Assembly: GCA_026026165.1 (NCBI GenBank) | Contig: JAPEUD010000016.1 | Span: forward strand, 1 to 64,000 | Direction of reading: 5' to 3' | From: Sarea resinae | Lineage: Eukaryota | Length of the DNA stretch: 64,000 nucleotides | Part shown: piece after piece, positions 50,901-64,000 of the stretch | Numbering within the stretch: the stretch's first letter is position 1 | Layout of the letters: the number at the start of each line of letters is the position of its first letter | The notes under the pieces: generated by a model | Seen by the model: only the letters and a program-made list of their open reading frames with translations | What the model was told of the DNA's origin: nothing | Databases searched by the model: none | Program-made: the position numbers and the translations under genes

Positions 50901-51517
50901 TCGACGACTTTTGCCATCAAGTCTTTGTGTTCTTGTCTGCTTCGAGACTCCATCTTAGAAAGGATCTGCCTGCATAGTCGACAGGTCAGCACATGCGGTG
51001 CGTCTCGGATAGCGGATCGGCCTACATTGAGTGTGTAGAGAGAAGAAGGTTGATGCTGACGACTTTGCCCGCGACAAGAGCTCGCAGCTTCTCAACATTC
51101 TCTGCAAGGGAGACTGCCCATTTTGCCTTATGCCTTAGACTTGTAGAGGACAGCCGCGGTGCCGACAAAGTCAACGATCCGTCGTACTTTTCGAGCTTCG
51201 CAAGGAAGTCAAGCAAAGGCAAGCGGCACGCCAGCGCCATGCAACGAATTGCGTTGACATGCTCGATGTTCCCCTCTGTGGGTTCTAGGCGATCCAGCTG
51301 ACGGAGAACTTGCTCTAAGCTTCTAAGCTCGATGATGGCTTGCTGATATTCAGCGGCCGCACCGCCGGCGGTTTTGAGCGCCTTGCAAATCTTCGCAATC
51401 AGCTCTGAAGATGACTCTTCGCATTAGCCGATGATGTTATATGTAAAGGTTAATCAAAATCAACCTACCAATTGCGCTGATGAAATCTCCTACAGAGAAG
51501 CCAAAGGCGGGCGGCAT
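47950..51517 (-). CDS. Multi-exon protein: HeLo-like fungal N-terminal domain, ubiquitin-like domain, C2H2 zinc-finger region
   Basis: Start MPPAFGFSVGDFISAI; IKFEDALGRKRELPYEYFRHW..FRDLPGETKV; CPRPGC..CSKC; FDCDICG..HVLHDLRPYVCTYRDC; CPYC..H..H; RADHFRQHLKHSH. The checked junctions are GT-AG introns. Confidence 0.75.
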
Positions 51518-52548
51518 GGCCGAGTAATGATGAGGCAGACAGCACAAGCAGTCTCAGCAGAAGAGGGTCAGCTAGAAGCCCACTGAGTCAACACCTTGAA
51601 CGACATACGACACGACTAAGATGATGCTTTTTCACGAGGCTGAGGTGTGTGAGTTGACCAAGCCCCACCATGCGGCTGAGAACATATTGTCGAATCACGA
51701 ACCGGTGACAAGGTTTTTCTTGACCGCATAAGCACACAATGAACGGACTGTAGCGAACGAAGGACTTCTCTATGAGTACACAGAACCACAGTAGTAGAGC
51801 AAGCAAAAGGCGATATGACCAGACATCCGAAACAATCATAAGCAGGCTGGACATCTGATCAGGTTATCATGTCTGAGCCGACGCGCATCACACGGGACAC
51901 AGGACACGAAAAACAACGCGACCTCAATCGCCCATGTTCAATGGTTATGTAGTCTAATCGCTAACAGGCACTCCAAGAGCATCTTGATGCTGATCATTTT
52001 CGAACGCCAAAGGGCAATATCAATACCATGATCACCTCTGTCTATCGCGAAGGCGAGAGCGGCTGAGCGCACCTTAGCTACCTGACTAAACTTGCGAGAG
52101 GTACTAGTAGCCATGGCCCGGGTTCGGCACTGCACATCTAGCGTAGATCGTCTGGAGATCGTAGCAGATCCGAAAGGAGCACTTCAGTCGTATCCGATCT
52201 CATGGCAAGCAGAGGCAGTAGAGGCGATTGCTCAAGCATGGGTCTGCGTTGTGATGTCATCTATCTTACACGAGGAAATAAATTTGCTCCTTTCCCACCC
52301 CAAGACGCATCAAGCCGTTCCGCGACGAGAGCGTACTGATACGTATCTATCCTTACGTGTTCATGTATCGTCGAGGGATTCAAACATAATGAACGTTCTT
52401 CAATGCTCATTGCTCATTTGATACTATAGTGACAATCTGTGGCACGCCACGGCTCACGGAACTACTGAATGCACAACATGGGTGTCTCGACCAAATCCGT
52501 TCAACAAGAGGATGCTAGACAAAACTTCCGGAAAATCGTAACAAAACA

Positions 52549-53755
52549 TTACTGGAGGAATTCGGTTGGGAGGTCAGGGCCTACGCCAGTCAGTCAGTAT
52601 ATTGATCAGAAGAGACTGGACTTAGGCAAGACTTACCCCACACGTGAAGGTTGTCGGGTCCGGCCTTGGTCCTCGAGGTCGGGGTGCTCTCATTGACGGT
52701 GTCGCCATCGACGTAGTGTTCCAGGATGAACTCGGAGGTGTCAAACCTGGGTAGACTGTCAGCAATGCCTCCATTGTGCCATCATCTCAAACCGACATAC
52801 CAGTAGTCAAAGATCTGACTCCCCATGACGTGTCGGCCAACCCCCCAGCAATTCCGGTATTGCTTCTCGCGCAGCCAATCGTGACCGAGGACCTGACTAT
52901 CGAAGTCGTGCACCTCGTATGAAGAGTGATGGACGTGCCACTTGGGGCCCTCGAAGAAGAAGAAGCAGTGATGATCGACCATCTCGCTGCCGCGATCGAG
53001 ATGCATGAATGCGCTCACGTCCTTGCCATCCTCGTAGACAATGTCACTAGCTTTGAAGTTGAAGTGCTTCGTGTAGAATTCGTATGCCTTGGCGAAGTTG
53101 GTCACGCACATGCCAAAGTGGCCGAGCTTGTGGATTGGGCATGGTCCTGTGGATCTAATTAGCTGGATTGAGATAGATGTTGACTCCACACGCGAGACTG
53201 ACCCTTTTTGAATCGCTGGAACTGGCCGACAGGTCGGTGCTTGACCTCGGGCTGGAGGCGCGTTAGTTGTGGCACGTTGGTGCAGGAGGAAGAGCACGGA
53301 AGACAGGGCTCGGGTAGGAAACTCACAAAGTTGAAATTCAACTGGGGGAAAGGATGGCTGGCTTCCCTCGACTCTTGGCCGTAGACGAGATGATATGGGA
53401 ACCCATCCACGGGGTCCTTGAAGGTGACACACTTGCCCTTGCCTGGAGCGTCTTCCAGTTCGTAGATGCTCGATGCGCCAGGCAGGGTCTTGGTCGCGAG
53501 CTCCAGGTCTTCTAGCGAGTCGACCGCAAAGGCGGCACCGCCAAACGCGTCCTCGTCGCCATCCGTGGCGCAGTACAGCCACGGCTCCGATCCAAAGCCT
53601 CGATAGTATGTCTTCTTGCCAATGCGCTTCTCCTCGACGAATCCAAAGTCCAGCAAGAACTCGTGGGCACGCCCAAAGTTGGCGTGCGTGTAGTAGACGT
53701 GGGCGATATGGTTGAGCTGGATCTTCTTTGGCGCGTCGGCGCTTGCGGAAGGCAT
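52549..53755 (-). CDS. VOC/glyoxalase-family ring-cleavage dioxygenase (trihydroxytoluene/dihydroxybiphenyl-oxygenase-like), multi-exon
   Basis: IAHVYY, FLLDFG, IHKLGHFG, VDHHCFF, HVHHSSYEVHDFD, WGVGRHVMGSQIFDYW, EHYVDGD, C-terminal WGPDLPTEFLQ. Confidence 0.9.
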
Positions 53756-55734
53756 CTTTGCGGTTTGTCCTGGACTGGGCACGGGGCACTGGGCACGGGG
53801 CACTGAATACGGGAATGTCTTGAGGATGGTCTTTGATCCAAGACGAGCAAGCAAGTGATGGAGAGTTCTTCGATGGGTGATGTTCTTCTACTGTCTCGAC
53901 TTTAATCAGATCAGGATACAGGATCATATGCGAATGGATAGAGGACTGGATCACTATCGACACGCCATTCTTAGGTAAGCTATGAGGATGGATTTCGCCT
54001 TCCAGAGGCGGCGGCTTCAGGCACGCGCAGTCCGGGGCGAAGGGCGAAGGTGAGTTTGTCCTCGGCCCAACCAGGGACGGCAATGAGGAAGATGGTGGTG
54101 GTGGTGGTGGTGGTGGTAGGAATAGAAGTCGTAATAGTAGTAGTCAGTACCTAGTGAGGGCCCCGTCCGTGACGTCCCTGTCATGTAGGTCACCCATTCA
54201 TCAGGCGTGAGCTAGCCACTCGAAATCGATAAGGATCGGCGAGGGGCATCTATCGCATCAAATGCACAGCAATCAATCGACCGAATCTCCGAACGACGAC
54301 AGCGCGGCCAGCACGGGGCCGCACGGGTAGCAGAGCAGAGGGCCGGGCCCCTGGATGAACCGAACCATCCAGGCGCGTGTCCGTGAGACGTTACCGGATG
54401 CGTCCAGTGCAAGCGTGGCTCGAGGCTGGGCATTAGGTTGTTTCGATCTGGGTCAGTGGCATCGGAGAAATAGAAGTCGTCGCTGTCGCATCTACTCGAT
54501 TACGGAGGACGGTCGAGTCGAGTCGTCTGGATGGATGCGTAGAGTACGAGGAATGAGGATGGAGGGCAAGTGGACTACCGGACTACCCCGCATAACTCCC
54601 TGTCGTGGTGTTCCTCCCTGGCCACTTGATGCGCATTGTCTCTCACAGCCCCTCCCTACTCGAGAGGAAGATGCCCCCACTGCCCGCACGTTCACGGTAA
54701 GGATCCGTAAACCGGGGATGGGCAGCCAGCTCTTCCAAGTTGGTGGTGGGGTGGAACGGAATAACTTTGGAGAGACTTTGGATCAATTCTCGGCCCCGCC
54801 TCCCGCTAAGATGCCACTACGACGTAGGACTGAACCGAAGTCGCGTCAAGCCCGCTAGGCGGCGCCTTCCCGAAGTATTGCCAGAGCTGCGATGCTGCAC
54901 CGTCCTCGACTCGACTCGACTCGACTCGACGTAATCACGACCAGATCGATGGGATCCGGAATTACTCCCATGTAGCGAGCATTGCACGCCGAAGAGAGTA
55001 CGCTTAGGGCTAATCTCTACTATTGCATGCCATACTACTATTGACTACGCCTCACTCACTCAATGCTCACGACGAACTGCCCGCCCTGCCCTGCCCTCTA
55101 ACACCAACATCAATCATGATGACCGACCATGACTGACCAAACACCCCTCCCCATCCCTCCCCTCCCCTCCCCTCCCCGTCGCCATCGCCCCCTTCCCCAC
55201 ACTTTGCAACGACCTACTCCACACACTCCACACTCCACACCCTAGCTTGCCCTGCTCGACCGACACTACCCTTCGTCCCAGGCCTGACTTGACCTGAGTC
55301 ATGACTGACAAAAGATGACCGACCCTGGGGGTTTCCCTTCTTTTCCGCCGTGCTGCTTCCTGCCCGAGCGCTACTGGCTACTGCATCGTTCTGCGGTGGC
55401 CCTGGTCGTCAGTTGTTCGTCGTCGCCCTCGTCGGCAACACACAGGCGCGCATCGTTTTCCCGCCCTCGCGTCCTTGCGCCGGCCGCACTGCAAACCGAT
55501 CGGACCCCAGTCCTAAAGATCTTCCGCTAGTTGGCTCGGTCAAGGTTGTCTCCGAGCGTTCAAAAGACGCCGACGAGAAGGTGAATCTCGGCGGAGGAAG
55601 GAAAATCCTGGGGCATCGTAAGTTGGAATCAGGTCATCTTTTCCAATCCGCAACACTCATAAGTCCTTCGACAGACGCGGAATCCGACTCGTAATCTTTC
55701 CCAATCATCCTCACCATCCTCCTCAATCGCAATC

Positions 55735-57661
55735 ATGACCGTCCCAGTTGTTTCCGACGTCCTCTCCTCAGTCAACGGCAGTGAGACCGCCGACATCACC
55801 ACCGATGTGCTCATCGTCGGCACGGGACCATCTGGTGCCTCGCTGGCTTGCTTCCTGGGTTCTCATGGTGAGTGACACCACCCTTGCCCATCATCCGGTG
55901 GCAATGCTGACGAACGGCGACAAGGCCTCAAGGGACTCGTCATCGGCCGGGACTCTGCCAGTGCAGACAGCCCTCGCGCGCACATTACGAGTGCTGCCGC
56001 TCTAGAATGTCTTCGCGACGTTGAGTTGGACAAGGAGTGCGTCCGGCTCGCCAGCTCGGGTGACTGCATGATTCATACGAGATGGTGCCAGAGCATGGCA
56101 GGAGAGGAGCTTGCCCGAATATACTCTTGGGGACACGACCCGAGGCGAAAGGTATGTGACTTTTGAAACATCCCTATGCGAACAGATGACCAACGGCAAA
56201 CAGGGTGACTACGAGTCCGCCAGTCCTTGCACTCACGTTGACCTTCCGCAAACCCTCCTCGAACCTCTCCTCGTCCGATATGCCACCGTCAACGGCTTCA
56301 GAGTTCGTTTCGACACCTCGCTTGTCTCGTTCGTCCAGAACGAGAAGGCTGGAACGGTCACGACCACGGTCAAGGACACCATCACCGAGAAGGAATACAG
56401 AATCACGAGCAAATACCTCTTCGGAGCTGATGGCGCCCGCAGCAGAATCATGAGAGAGCTGGAGATTCCATTGATCGCCAAGCCTGGTCAGGGTCTGGCC
56501 ATCAACGTCCTCGTCAAGGCCGATCTGTCCCATCTGATCGACCACCGAAAGGGCAACCTGCACTGGATCATGCAGCCCGACAAGAAGCTCCCTGAGCACT
56601 CCTGGACTGGAATCGTCAGAATGGTCAAGCCATGGCACGAGTGGATGTTCATCCTCCTGCCTGCTCAGGGCGTGACCGAGGTCGACATCACCAAGGAGGA
56701 GTACATGGAGCGCGTGAGATCCTTCATCGGTGACGATTCGATCCCTGCCGAGATTCTGTCCATCTCGAAGTGGAATATCAACGAGATTGTGGCCGAGACA
56801 TACCAGAAGGGTAACGTTTTCTGCCTCGGCGATGCCGTCCACCGTCACCCTCCGTTCAACGGTCTCGGATCCAACACGTGCATCCAAGATGCTTTCAACT
56901 TGGCCTGGAAGATCGCCTACGTCCTCAAGGGCAAGGCCGACAAGTCTATCCTCGACACCTACAGCACCGAGCGTCAACCGGTCGGTCTGGGTATCGTGAC
57001 CCGAGCAAACGATGGCTTCCGCGACCATTTCCACGTCTGGCAAGCTCTCGGCATGACGGAGCCCGACCACGAGAAGCGCGCCGCCATCTACGCCGAGCTC
57101 AACGCCGCCACTGAGGCCGGCAAGGCCCGCCGTGCTGCCCTTTCCAAGGCCATCGAAGCCACCAGCCACGAATTCCACGGCCTCGGCGTTGAGATGAACC
57201 AGCTCTACCAATCCAAATCCATCATCACCTCGGATGAGGTCTCCCCCACCCGCGAGCACACCTCGGGCGACCCCGTCCTCTACTATGAGAAGTCGACCTA
57301 CCCTGGCTCTCGTCTGCCGCACGTGTGGCTCAACACGGCGGTTCCCGGTCCCTTGATCTCGACGCTCGACCTTTCTGGCCACGGCGACTTTGCTCTCTTC
57401 ACCGGTATCGGTGGCGAGGCATGGAAGGAGGCCGCCGAGAAGGTGGGCGCCAAGTACAACGTCGGCATCAAGACCACCGTCATCGGCTGGAGACGCGATC
57501 TCGAGGATGCCTACTTTGAGTGGGAGAAGGTCCGAGGTGTGGAGGAGAGCGGAGCGGTGCTGGCACGGCCGGACCGCTTCGTTGCGTGGAGGAGTCAGAC
57601 GCTGGGCGAGAACCCGGAGCAGAAGTTGGAGGCGGTCATCAAGCAGGTGTTGGGTCTTTGA
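55735..57661 (+). CDS. FAD-dependent phenol monooxygenase (2,4-dichlorophenol 6-monooxygenase/PheA-TfdB family), 3 exons
   Basis: DVLIVGTGPSG, FGADGARS, FCLGDAVHRHPPFNGLGSNTCIQDAFNLAWK, PGSRLPHVWL, RPDRFVAWR. Confidence 0.95.
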
Positions 57662-58932
57662 GTTTGGGGCTGATTATCGTTTGGATCGGGTCGTTGTCGT
57701 TGGGTAGTTGTCGGTTGTCGGTTTTCTGATCATGTCTTTCCTTTGTTACGATATCGATGTTGATGTGAGAGAGATTATATATATTCCCTTGGTAGTAACG
57801 CTGGGTAGTGAGAAGCACGAAGCACGAAGCACTACAGCTCGATATGGAATGAAACCCAAATGTGTCATCCTCAGCCACCACTGTGTTTTCGTTGTATATG
57901 GTGTTGATGTTGATGCTGATGTCGACGTTGGTATTGATGTCGATGTCACTATCCATGACGATATTGATATTGATAGCTACAGCGAGAAAGATCACCATGT
58001 ACACTAGGTATGTATGTAGGTATGTTCCCGCTCAGCAGCCAATTCGGCCAAGCCAGGTTGATTGATCGATACTATACTTACTTATCTACCTACCTAGTTG
58101 TTTAGGTAGGTATTGCAGGGAGGTATCAAGTGAGTACGCAAGCGAGTAAAGATAAGAAAGGCATTGTTGATGCAACAGCTAGCAGGGTCAGTGGCAGCGC
58201 CATCAGCATTGCTGTAGTAGAGAAACGCCTCGGCCACCTCGGGCTTTGGATTTTCGAGGAAAGAGAGATCATAATGACCTTGACCTTGATGTCAATATAG
58301 ATAGGTGTTGTTAGATAAAATAGATAGATATAGATGAGTAGATAATAGATCGACGAACGCACGTAGTATACTATCTCTATCTCTATCTATCTTTTCGGTT
58401 ATATCCTTATCCTCACCCTTATGCTAAGTCTGATTCCTATTTTCATTGGCGGTCTATAGCTGATAAGGTATTGTTGTAGTTGAGAGTCTATAGTAAGGTC
58501 GGTAGTAGATAGTCTGCTATCTGTAGTCTACTATCTGTGGTCTAGCTACTATCTGTCTTGTCGTATATAGTACCTTATGTCTTTCGAGTGTTTCTAGTGT
58601 CTGTGTCTATTGCTTGTCTTTGTTCCTGTCTTTATATATATCATTCTACTTCCTCTTATCTTCTGATTCGGTTTGAAATTATATGCATGTTGAATTCATT
58701 CGTTTCTCTAGTTATTTCTCTACTTGCTACTTCTCTTGTAAGTTGATACTATACTATACTCTACTATACTCTACTCAAACGCAAGGGGGTGGCCAGACAT
58801 AAATCACGAGCGGCCCCGTCTGCTACTTCTAGGGATGCTAAATAGCGCAGGCGAGGATGGTGCCAGGCTTCTCCTTTCCCGCACAACTCATCACAGCTCA
58901 GCTTTACCGTATAGGCAGATCCGGCCATCATG

Positions 58933-61012
58933 TCAATCCACAATCTTGCCCTCATCACGACCCTTCTCGATGCGCCTCACAATCTCCTCGACATCCTTCC
59001 AGATCCGGCGACGGTTTCGCAGCCCCTTCATCTCGGGCCCATGCCGCTTGAGGGAAGCGAAGAGCTTGTGCCAATCGGTGCGGTCTCTCGGGAGCTCAAG
59101 CGGCGAAGGCGAAGCAGCGGCCGCGTGGTGGAGTGGTGGTGGTGGTGGCCACGACGGCGTTCGCGGCGGCACGAGATCATGGTACGCGGGCTCCGTCGCG
59201 CGGAAGGCGTCGTAGATGTCCGGCATCTCTTCGTGGATGACGTCGCGGTAGAGCTGGAGCTGGTTGCGGAACTCGCGCTGCTGCGCCGCCTCGGCGTCAT
59301 CTAGGGCCAGCAGGTCTTGGATCTTCTGCGCGGTCCGGATCGTCGCCCACACCGAGGGTGTGTCGCGGCTCCAGATTTCCCAGAGCCAGGGCATTTCGCG
59401 TCGCAGGATCCGGTACCAGAGCGAGTTGGGCAGCTGCTGGAAGGCTCGCGATGTCTGCCTGAGGTGAGCAATGTCGGATGAGTCGAGGTAGTCGACAAGG
59501 TGGAGGCGGAGCTCTTCCGGCAGGGTCAGGAATGGGTCGTACGAGTCTGATGTGTCTGCGACTGTGACTGGTAATGCGGCTGCGGCTGGCAATCCAGCAT
59601 CGTGACGGTGGTTGAGAGCAGAATACGTGCCGGTACCGCTATGGCCGGGACGACCAGGAAGTAACACAGCCCTACCGTCATTCCTCGTTGGCTCTTCGTC
59701 GATCTTGATGGCAGCAGTCAACAAGGATGGCAATCCGGGGACGAAGAGGGGATTCGCTGCAAGGTATTCCGAGCCCGGGTGATGGTCCCAATTTTGGCTG
59801 CTCCCCCTTTTCACGTCCGGGTCGCGAGGAAAGCTTGAAAAGGCTTTGTAGTCACCTTCAAGGTTGCGCCAGCTCATGAGACCGTTGACATCAACACGAC
59901 CGAAATGCAAACGCGAAAGGCGTGCAAAGATATTAAAACACCACGGGTGGAACGGCATATCATATTGATCTGCATTATCGCGCTTTCCAGATAACATCAA
60001 CGATATTAGCCATGTTCCTTTAGTGGCTCGTAGCTGGGGTTCTGCTCACCTCCCAGATGTAAGTTTCGGCATGGGGCATTTCCATGCCATGGCGTGCGGG
60101 GGTAACTCTTGGACCCCTATCATCGCGCGATGGCATATAGTCGCTGAGACCGGAGAGGAAGTAATCGCTAGTCAGCTCAAAGTCTTGGTCAAGAGCGTCA
60201 GGGGTCCAATTGCTGCCCTTGCGCACAAGACATTGATTCGTTAGACAAGCCTCCATCTCCTCAAAGGTGATTTTGTGACCATTGTAGCCAGCCGTGTTGG
60301 TACAGCCAGGACCGGCTATATGCTCGAGGTGACCGATTTTATGGCCGTCGAAATGGCTTCTCCTCCCCTCTACTCGAGGCATCGGAAGAACATCATCTTT
60401 CGGTGGGGCCTGTGACTTTGTCCTAGACTTGAAATCCTCAAGCCACTTTTGCACCCACGGGTCATCCTCCTTCTCCTCCTCCTCCTCCTCCTCATCATCA
60501 TCATCATCATCATCAACCTCGGCGTGGTCCGTGGACATGTCTTGATCCAACTCCATATCGTCACCTGACTCATACTCACATGGCTCATTACCATCGTCGC
60601 TTTGATAGACATAGTCCAGATCATCATCATCATCGTCATCTCCAGCATCGACGCCATCATCTTTCTTCTTATCGAATACTCTTCTCGGATCTCCTCTGAC
60701 AACGAAGCAGCATCCAGTCGTATCAGTACTACAACCTCTGCCATCGCCCTCGATCCAGCTCAGTCCCGGGAAGCCGTAACAGCCCCAGGCGAACTCGCGC
60801 GGCTCGTCGGCTTTCCGAGTCCGTGCGATATCGAAGCTGACGCCACAGAGATGGCAGACCACCTGGACAACTCTGTATCAGTCTAAACGTGTCGTCAATG
60901 GCTTGGTGGTGGTGTTTGCGCATCTGCGACACACCTCTGAATAGCCTGGGGACTCTCGTTTAGTATCAGGAAACGTTCCGGTCAGGGTCTCCCGTCTCCC
61001 TCACTCACCCAT
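58933..61012 (-). CDS. F-box domain protein with acidic tract; begins with 4-nt and 11-nt micro-exons
   Basis: Spliced start MGYSEVVCHLCGVSFDIAR; PFHPWCF; F-box DPFLTLPEELRLHLVDYLDSSDIAHLRQTSR; C-terminal GLRNRRRIWKDVE. Confidence 0.85.
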
Positions 61013-61682
61013 CGTGATACAGCAACGACGCAATGTACAGCCCGGATATGTATTCCTCGATGTCAAGGTCGAGCCTTTTTCGCGGAAGTTTCCCAATCCA
61101 TATTTTTCTACGAGTGTTCCGGACTAGGACCTTGCTTTTCTCCCTGATATATCACTCATACCGCCCGATGGCTGCCTACTTTCATTTCAGGGGTCGACCA
61201 AGGTAAGCGGAATATTGGCCTCTACTGTAGAATCAAGTACTTTCTATGGTTTCTTGGCCAGAAATGCACACCTAGGTACCTCCCGGTACTATTAGTGACT
61301 TACTGTTTGTCTATCACGGCAATAGTACTAGGTAGACTGGTAGTAAACTCGATCTCTCGACGTCTATTCAGATGCAAAGATAAAACTAAGACACAAATAC
61401 AGACACACGAGCTAGATATCGATGAAACAGTAGAATCGGACAGAAATGCTACAAGGTCAAAACAACCACCTTCCATCCCACCCGTCCGTATGGGCCAGGA
61501 ATAGAGAACGCCATTCAGCGCCGCTTTTAAAAGAGTCAATCCGGACCCCTCGTCGCCCCCGCGCCCACCATCGCTTCCGAAAATCTACAATGAAATCAAA
61601 AAACAAAAAACATGAACTGAAACGGGTATACACTTCTACTCCTCGCTCCCTACGAAGGCAAAAACAAAGACAAAAGGCAAAA

Positions 61683-64000
61683 TCAGCCCGCATGCGTGCC
61701 CGTGAACAATTCTTCAAAGTAGCTCTGTAGGCCATGGTTGGTCACGAACGGGAAGTCCTGGCACAGCTCATCCAGCAAGCCGACATCATGATCTAGCAAG
61801 CCCGTGACGCTCGAGGGTTCGTTGCCCGTTGGTGGTGGCGGACCTCCAGCGACTCCTTGCACTCCAGCCGAGTGAGGACCGGTTGGGGGGTCCGGGAGAA
61901 AGAAGTCGGTGTTCTGTTGGGATTGGGGGGGTTGCTGGAGGGACTTGGGGGAGGCCGAGAGAGGAACCGTACCATCGGCCGTTGGTGTCGGGTGTTGGTG
62001 AGGGATGATGATTGAGCTAGAAGTTGTTGTCGGAGTTGGTTGTTGGAGTTGTTGCTGCTGCTGATGGATGGATTGGTCGTTCGTGTCATGCGGCGAGCGC
62101 ATCTGTTGTTGCTGATGGGGCGAGGACTTGCTCTCCACATGGCTCTCAAGAAGGCTGGCTGTGAAATCAGAGTCTCCGAACATTGGAGGCGCCTGATGGG
62201 TAGCAGTCGGGGCGTTGGTAGCAGCAGTGGCGGCCGCGTGGCAGGCATCTATATTTTGAAGATCTAATCGAGGGGACTCGACCTTCTTGATAGTGGACGC
62301 CCGGCGGGCATGAGGCTTGGTGGTAGTGGTAGTCGTCTGTTGCTGTTGCTGTTGCTGTTGTTGTTGCTGTTGCATAGCAATAGCGGCCATAGCCCTAGAG
62401 TGTGGCTGCAGTAACTGGCACATCTGCGACTCGAGATTGTCTAGCCGATCCTTCAGAACCTCCGCCGTGCTCCAGTGCATGACATATTGGTGGAAATTCA
62501 GTCTGAGCAAGTCAAATTTGGTCTCGATAAGTCGCTTGGACGAATCCTCCGGTCCAAAAAGCTTGAATACCAGTTCTGCTGCACCGGCGAGCCAGATGGT
62601 GCTAGCGAGGAAAGGGTTGACGTAGCGGACGTGCTCGTCCGAGGTATTGCTAACAATGGTAAAAATCCGATCCGCTGCCTCGGTATACCTCCGCAATGCC
62701 TTGTCGCCATGCTCGCTGCGAGGTCCAAAGCCCGGGACTTGGCTTTGCTTATCGGTAGGCATCATGCGCGCTCGCGATTGTGCCTCTTCATCCCAGTGGC
62801 GGAAGCAGCCTTGGGCACATCTCCCAACGAGCGAGGGCTCTTGAAGCACGTCACCAAAGACTTCACGATGATAGATCATGATGTAGGTAAGCTGGATCAT
62901 AAGATAGATGCTGTGTTTTGCGCTATCTCGGCGGCGGACTATGGCGGTGCTCGCTGGATCGGGACCGGAGAAGCTTAGGTGTTCGTTTTGATAGGCAAGA
63001 GAGCGGGGAAGAGCGGCGGCGAAGCAGCGAAGAGAGTTGGTAAGCAGTTCGAGATTCGAGGATGAATCTCCACATCGCCAACTGTAAGCAGCTGCACCTA
63101 TAATAGTTTAGTGATAGCTGATAATTCGGATCGGAACGCAGCGTACCACTTGCGGTTGACAGGAGCTGGGCATCCCTCATGAAGGAATTGACCACGATAA
63201 ACCACGCTTTGGAACTCTGGTTCCCACTTCGCTGCAGCGACTTCCATCGCTTGATAGGATCGAGCTCCAGAAAGCAACTCGGCTGAGGCTTCTGAGCAAA
63301 CCAGCAATCATCATCAACAGGAAGCAGAGTCTCATTCTGCGACCAATCGATTGCTGTTGGGGCTCGTCGAATTGTGCTCGCAAAGACGTCAAACTCCCAG
63401 ATAGCCCACCAAGCGCGTCGGCGCTCCTCGTCCATGCACCACTGGGATACATCCCCCTGCACTGATACTTGCGGCAAAGTCCCTGGCGGCGGTGGTGACT
63501 GGGGCGCTGGCGTCCGCTTGCAAGGGTTCGTGTTTCTATCTGAGTCGATTGCGTGAAGCTGAAGTTCATATGCTATCCGCACGCAGAGCCCGAGCGATCG
63601 CCAAGCCTTTCCTCGGACGCCTTTGATGAGTTGCTGGAAAGTGGTCAAGATCAACGCCTGCAACAAGGTCAAAGGAGGGGTCTCGTCCTCGCACTCATTG
63701 AGCGCCTCATCGACGAAATGTAGAGCCAGATTCAGGTACCAGTCAGAAGAGGACGTCGAGGTGTTGGCATTGCCGGTCTGGTCTTCAATATCTGGCAAGA
63801 AGCGTGCGGAGAAGGAAAACATGGCAGCCAAAAGAGCATGGAGTTGGGTTGGAGATGCAATGGTGCGAAGTTTCTTCTCGAATTCTGGCCGTGAGAAGAG
63901 GGAGAAAGAGGTCATGTTATCGAAGTAGGCGTCAATTCTATACTTGTCAGCAAGGATCATTCTCCAGAGTCACTTTCACTTACAGTCGCTGGACCATATC
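61683..64000 (-). CDS. Fungal-specific transcription factor (Zn2Cys6-associated middle homology region), 5' end outside the window
   Basis: AYFDNMTSFSLF, LQALIL, AWRSLGLCVRIAYELQLH, EERRRAWWAIWEFD, polyQ C-terminus. Confidence 0.88.

Noticed and set aside
52782..54083. 433-aa ORF as a single gene
   Set aside because: Only its C-terminal part is a true dioxygenase exon; the rest is an alternative frame.
56174..57382. 402-aa minus-strand ORF
   Set aside because: Antisense shadow of the codon-biased monooxygenase; no recognisable motifs.
57700..58770. Short ORFs in low-complexity GAT/TA-rich DNA
   Set aside because: Products of simple repeats in the region between convergent genes.
127..64000. 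Starship giant transposon or a core secondary-metabolite cluster
   Set aside because: No recognisable tyrosine-recombinase captain and no PKS, NRPS or terpene synthase in the window.

Overview
Left end of a filamentous-ascomycete chromosome. It opens with a (CCCTAA)n telomere (1-126), followed by a ~22 kb AT/TpA-rich block that looks RIP-mutated. That block holds a dead chromodomain Ty3/gypsy element (8110-22456; 309-bp LTRs, CTAAC target-site duplication). Nested inside it is a second LTR retrotransposon with no visible RIP damage (14709-21655; identical 175-bp LTRs, 4-bp GCAC TSD, TGG-type PBS). This inner element has protease fused to Gag, a -1 slippery site with a pseudoknot after the protease, an FMDD RT motif, no chromodomain, and one extra A in an A6 run inside RT. 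From ~22.5 kb the window is gene-rich subtelomeric DNA. It carries an ERG28-like gene divergent from a cytochrome P450, a 3-hydroxyisobutyrate-dehydrogenase-like gene, two amino-acid transporters, a secreted hypothetical protein, a trypsin-like protease pseudogene, two F-box-like genes and a HeLo-like/ubiquitin-like/C2H2 protein. It also has a divergent FAD phenol monooxygenase plus ring-cleavage dioxygenase pair and a fungal transcription factor cut off by the window edge. Two items missing from the ORF track were read directly from the sequence: a spliced 81-aa secreted peptide with a 10-Cys duplicated CxACCxxC tail (45242-45560, minus strand) and a 71-bp hAT-type MITE with an 8-bp TSD (37390-37460). 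All calls come from manual reading; no database searches were run.
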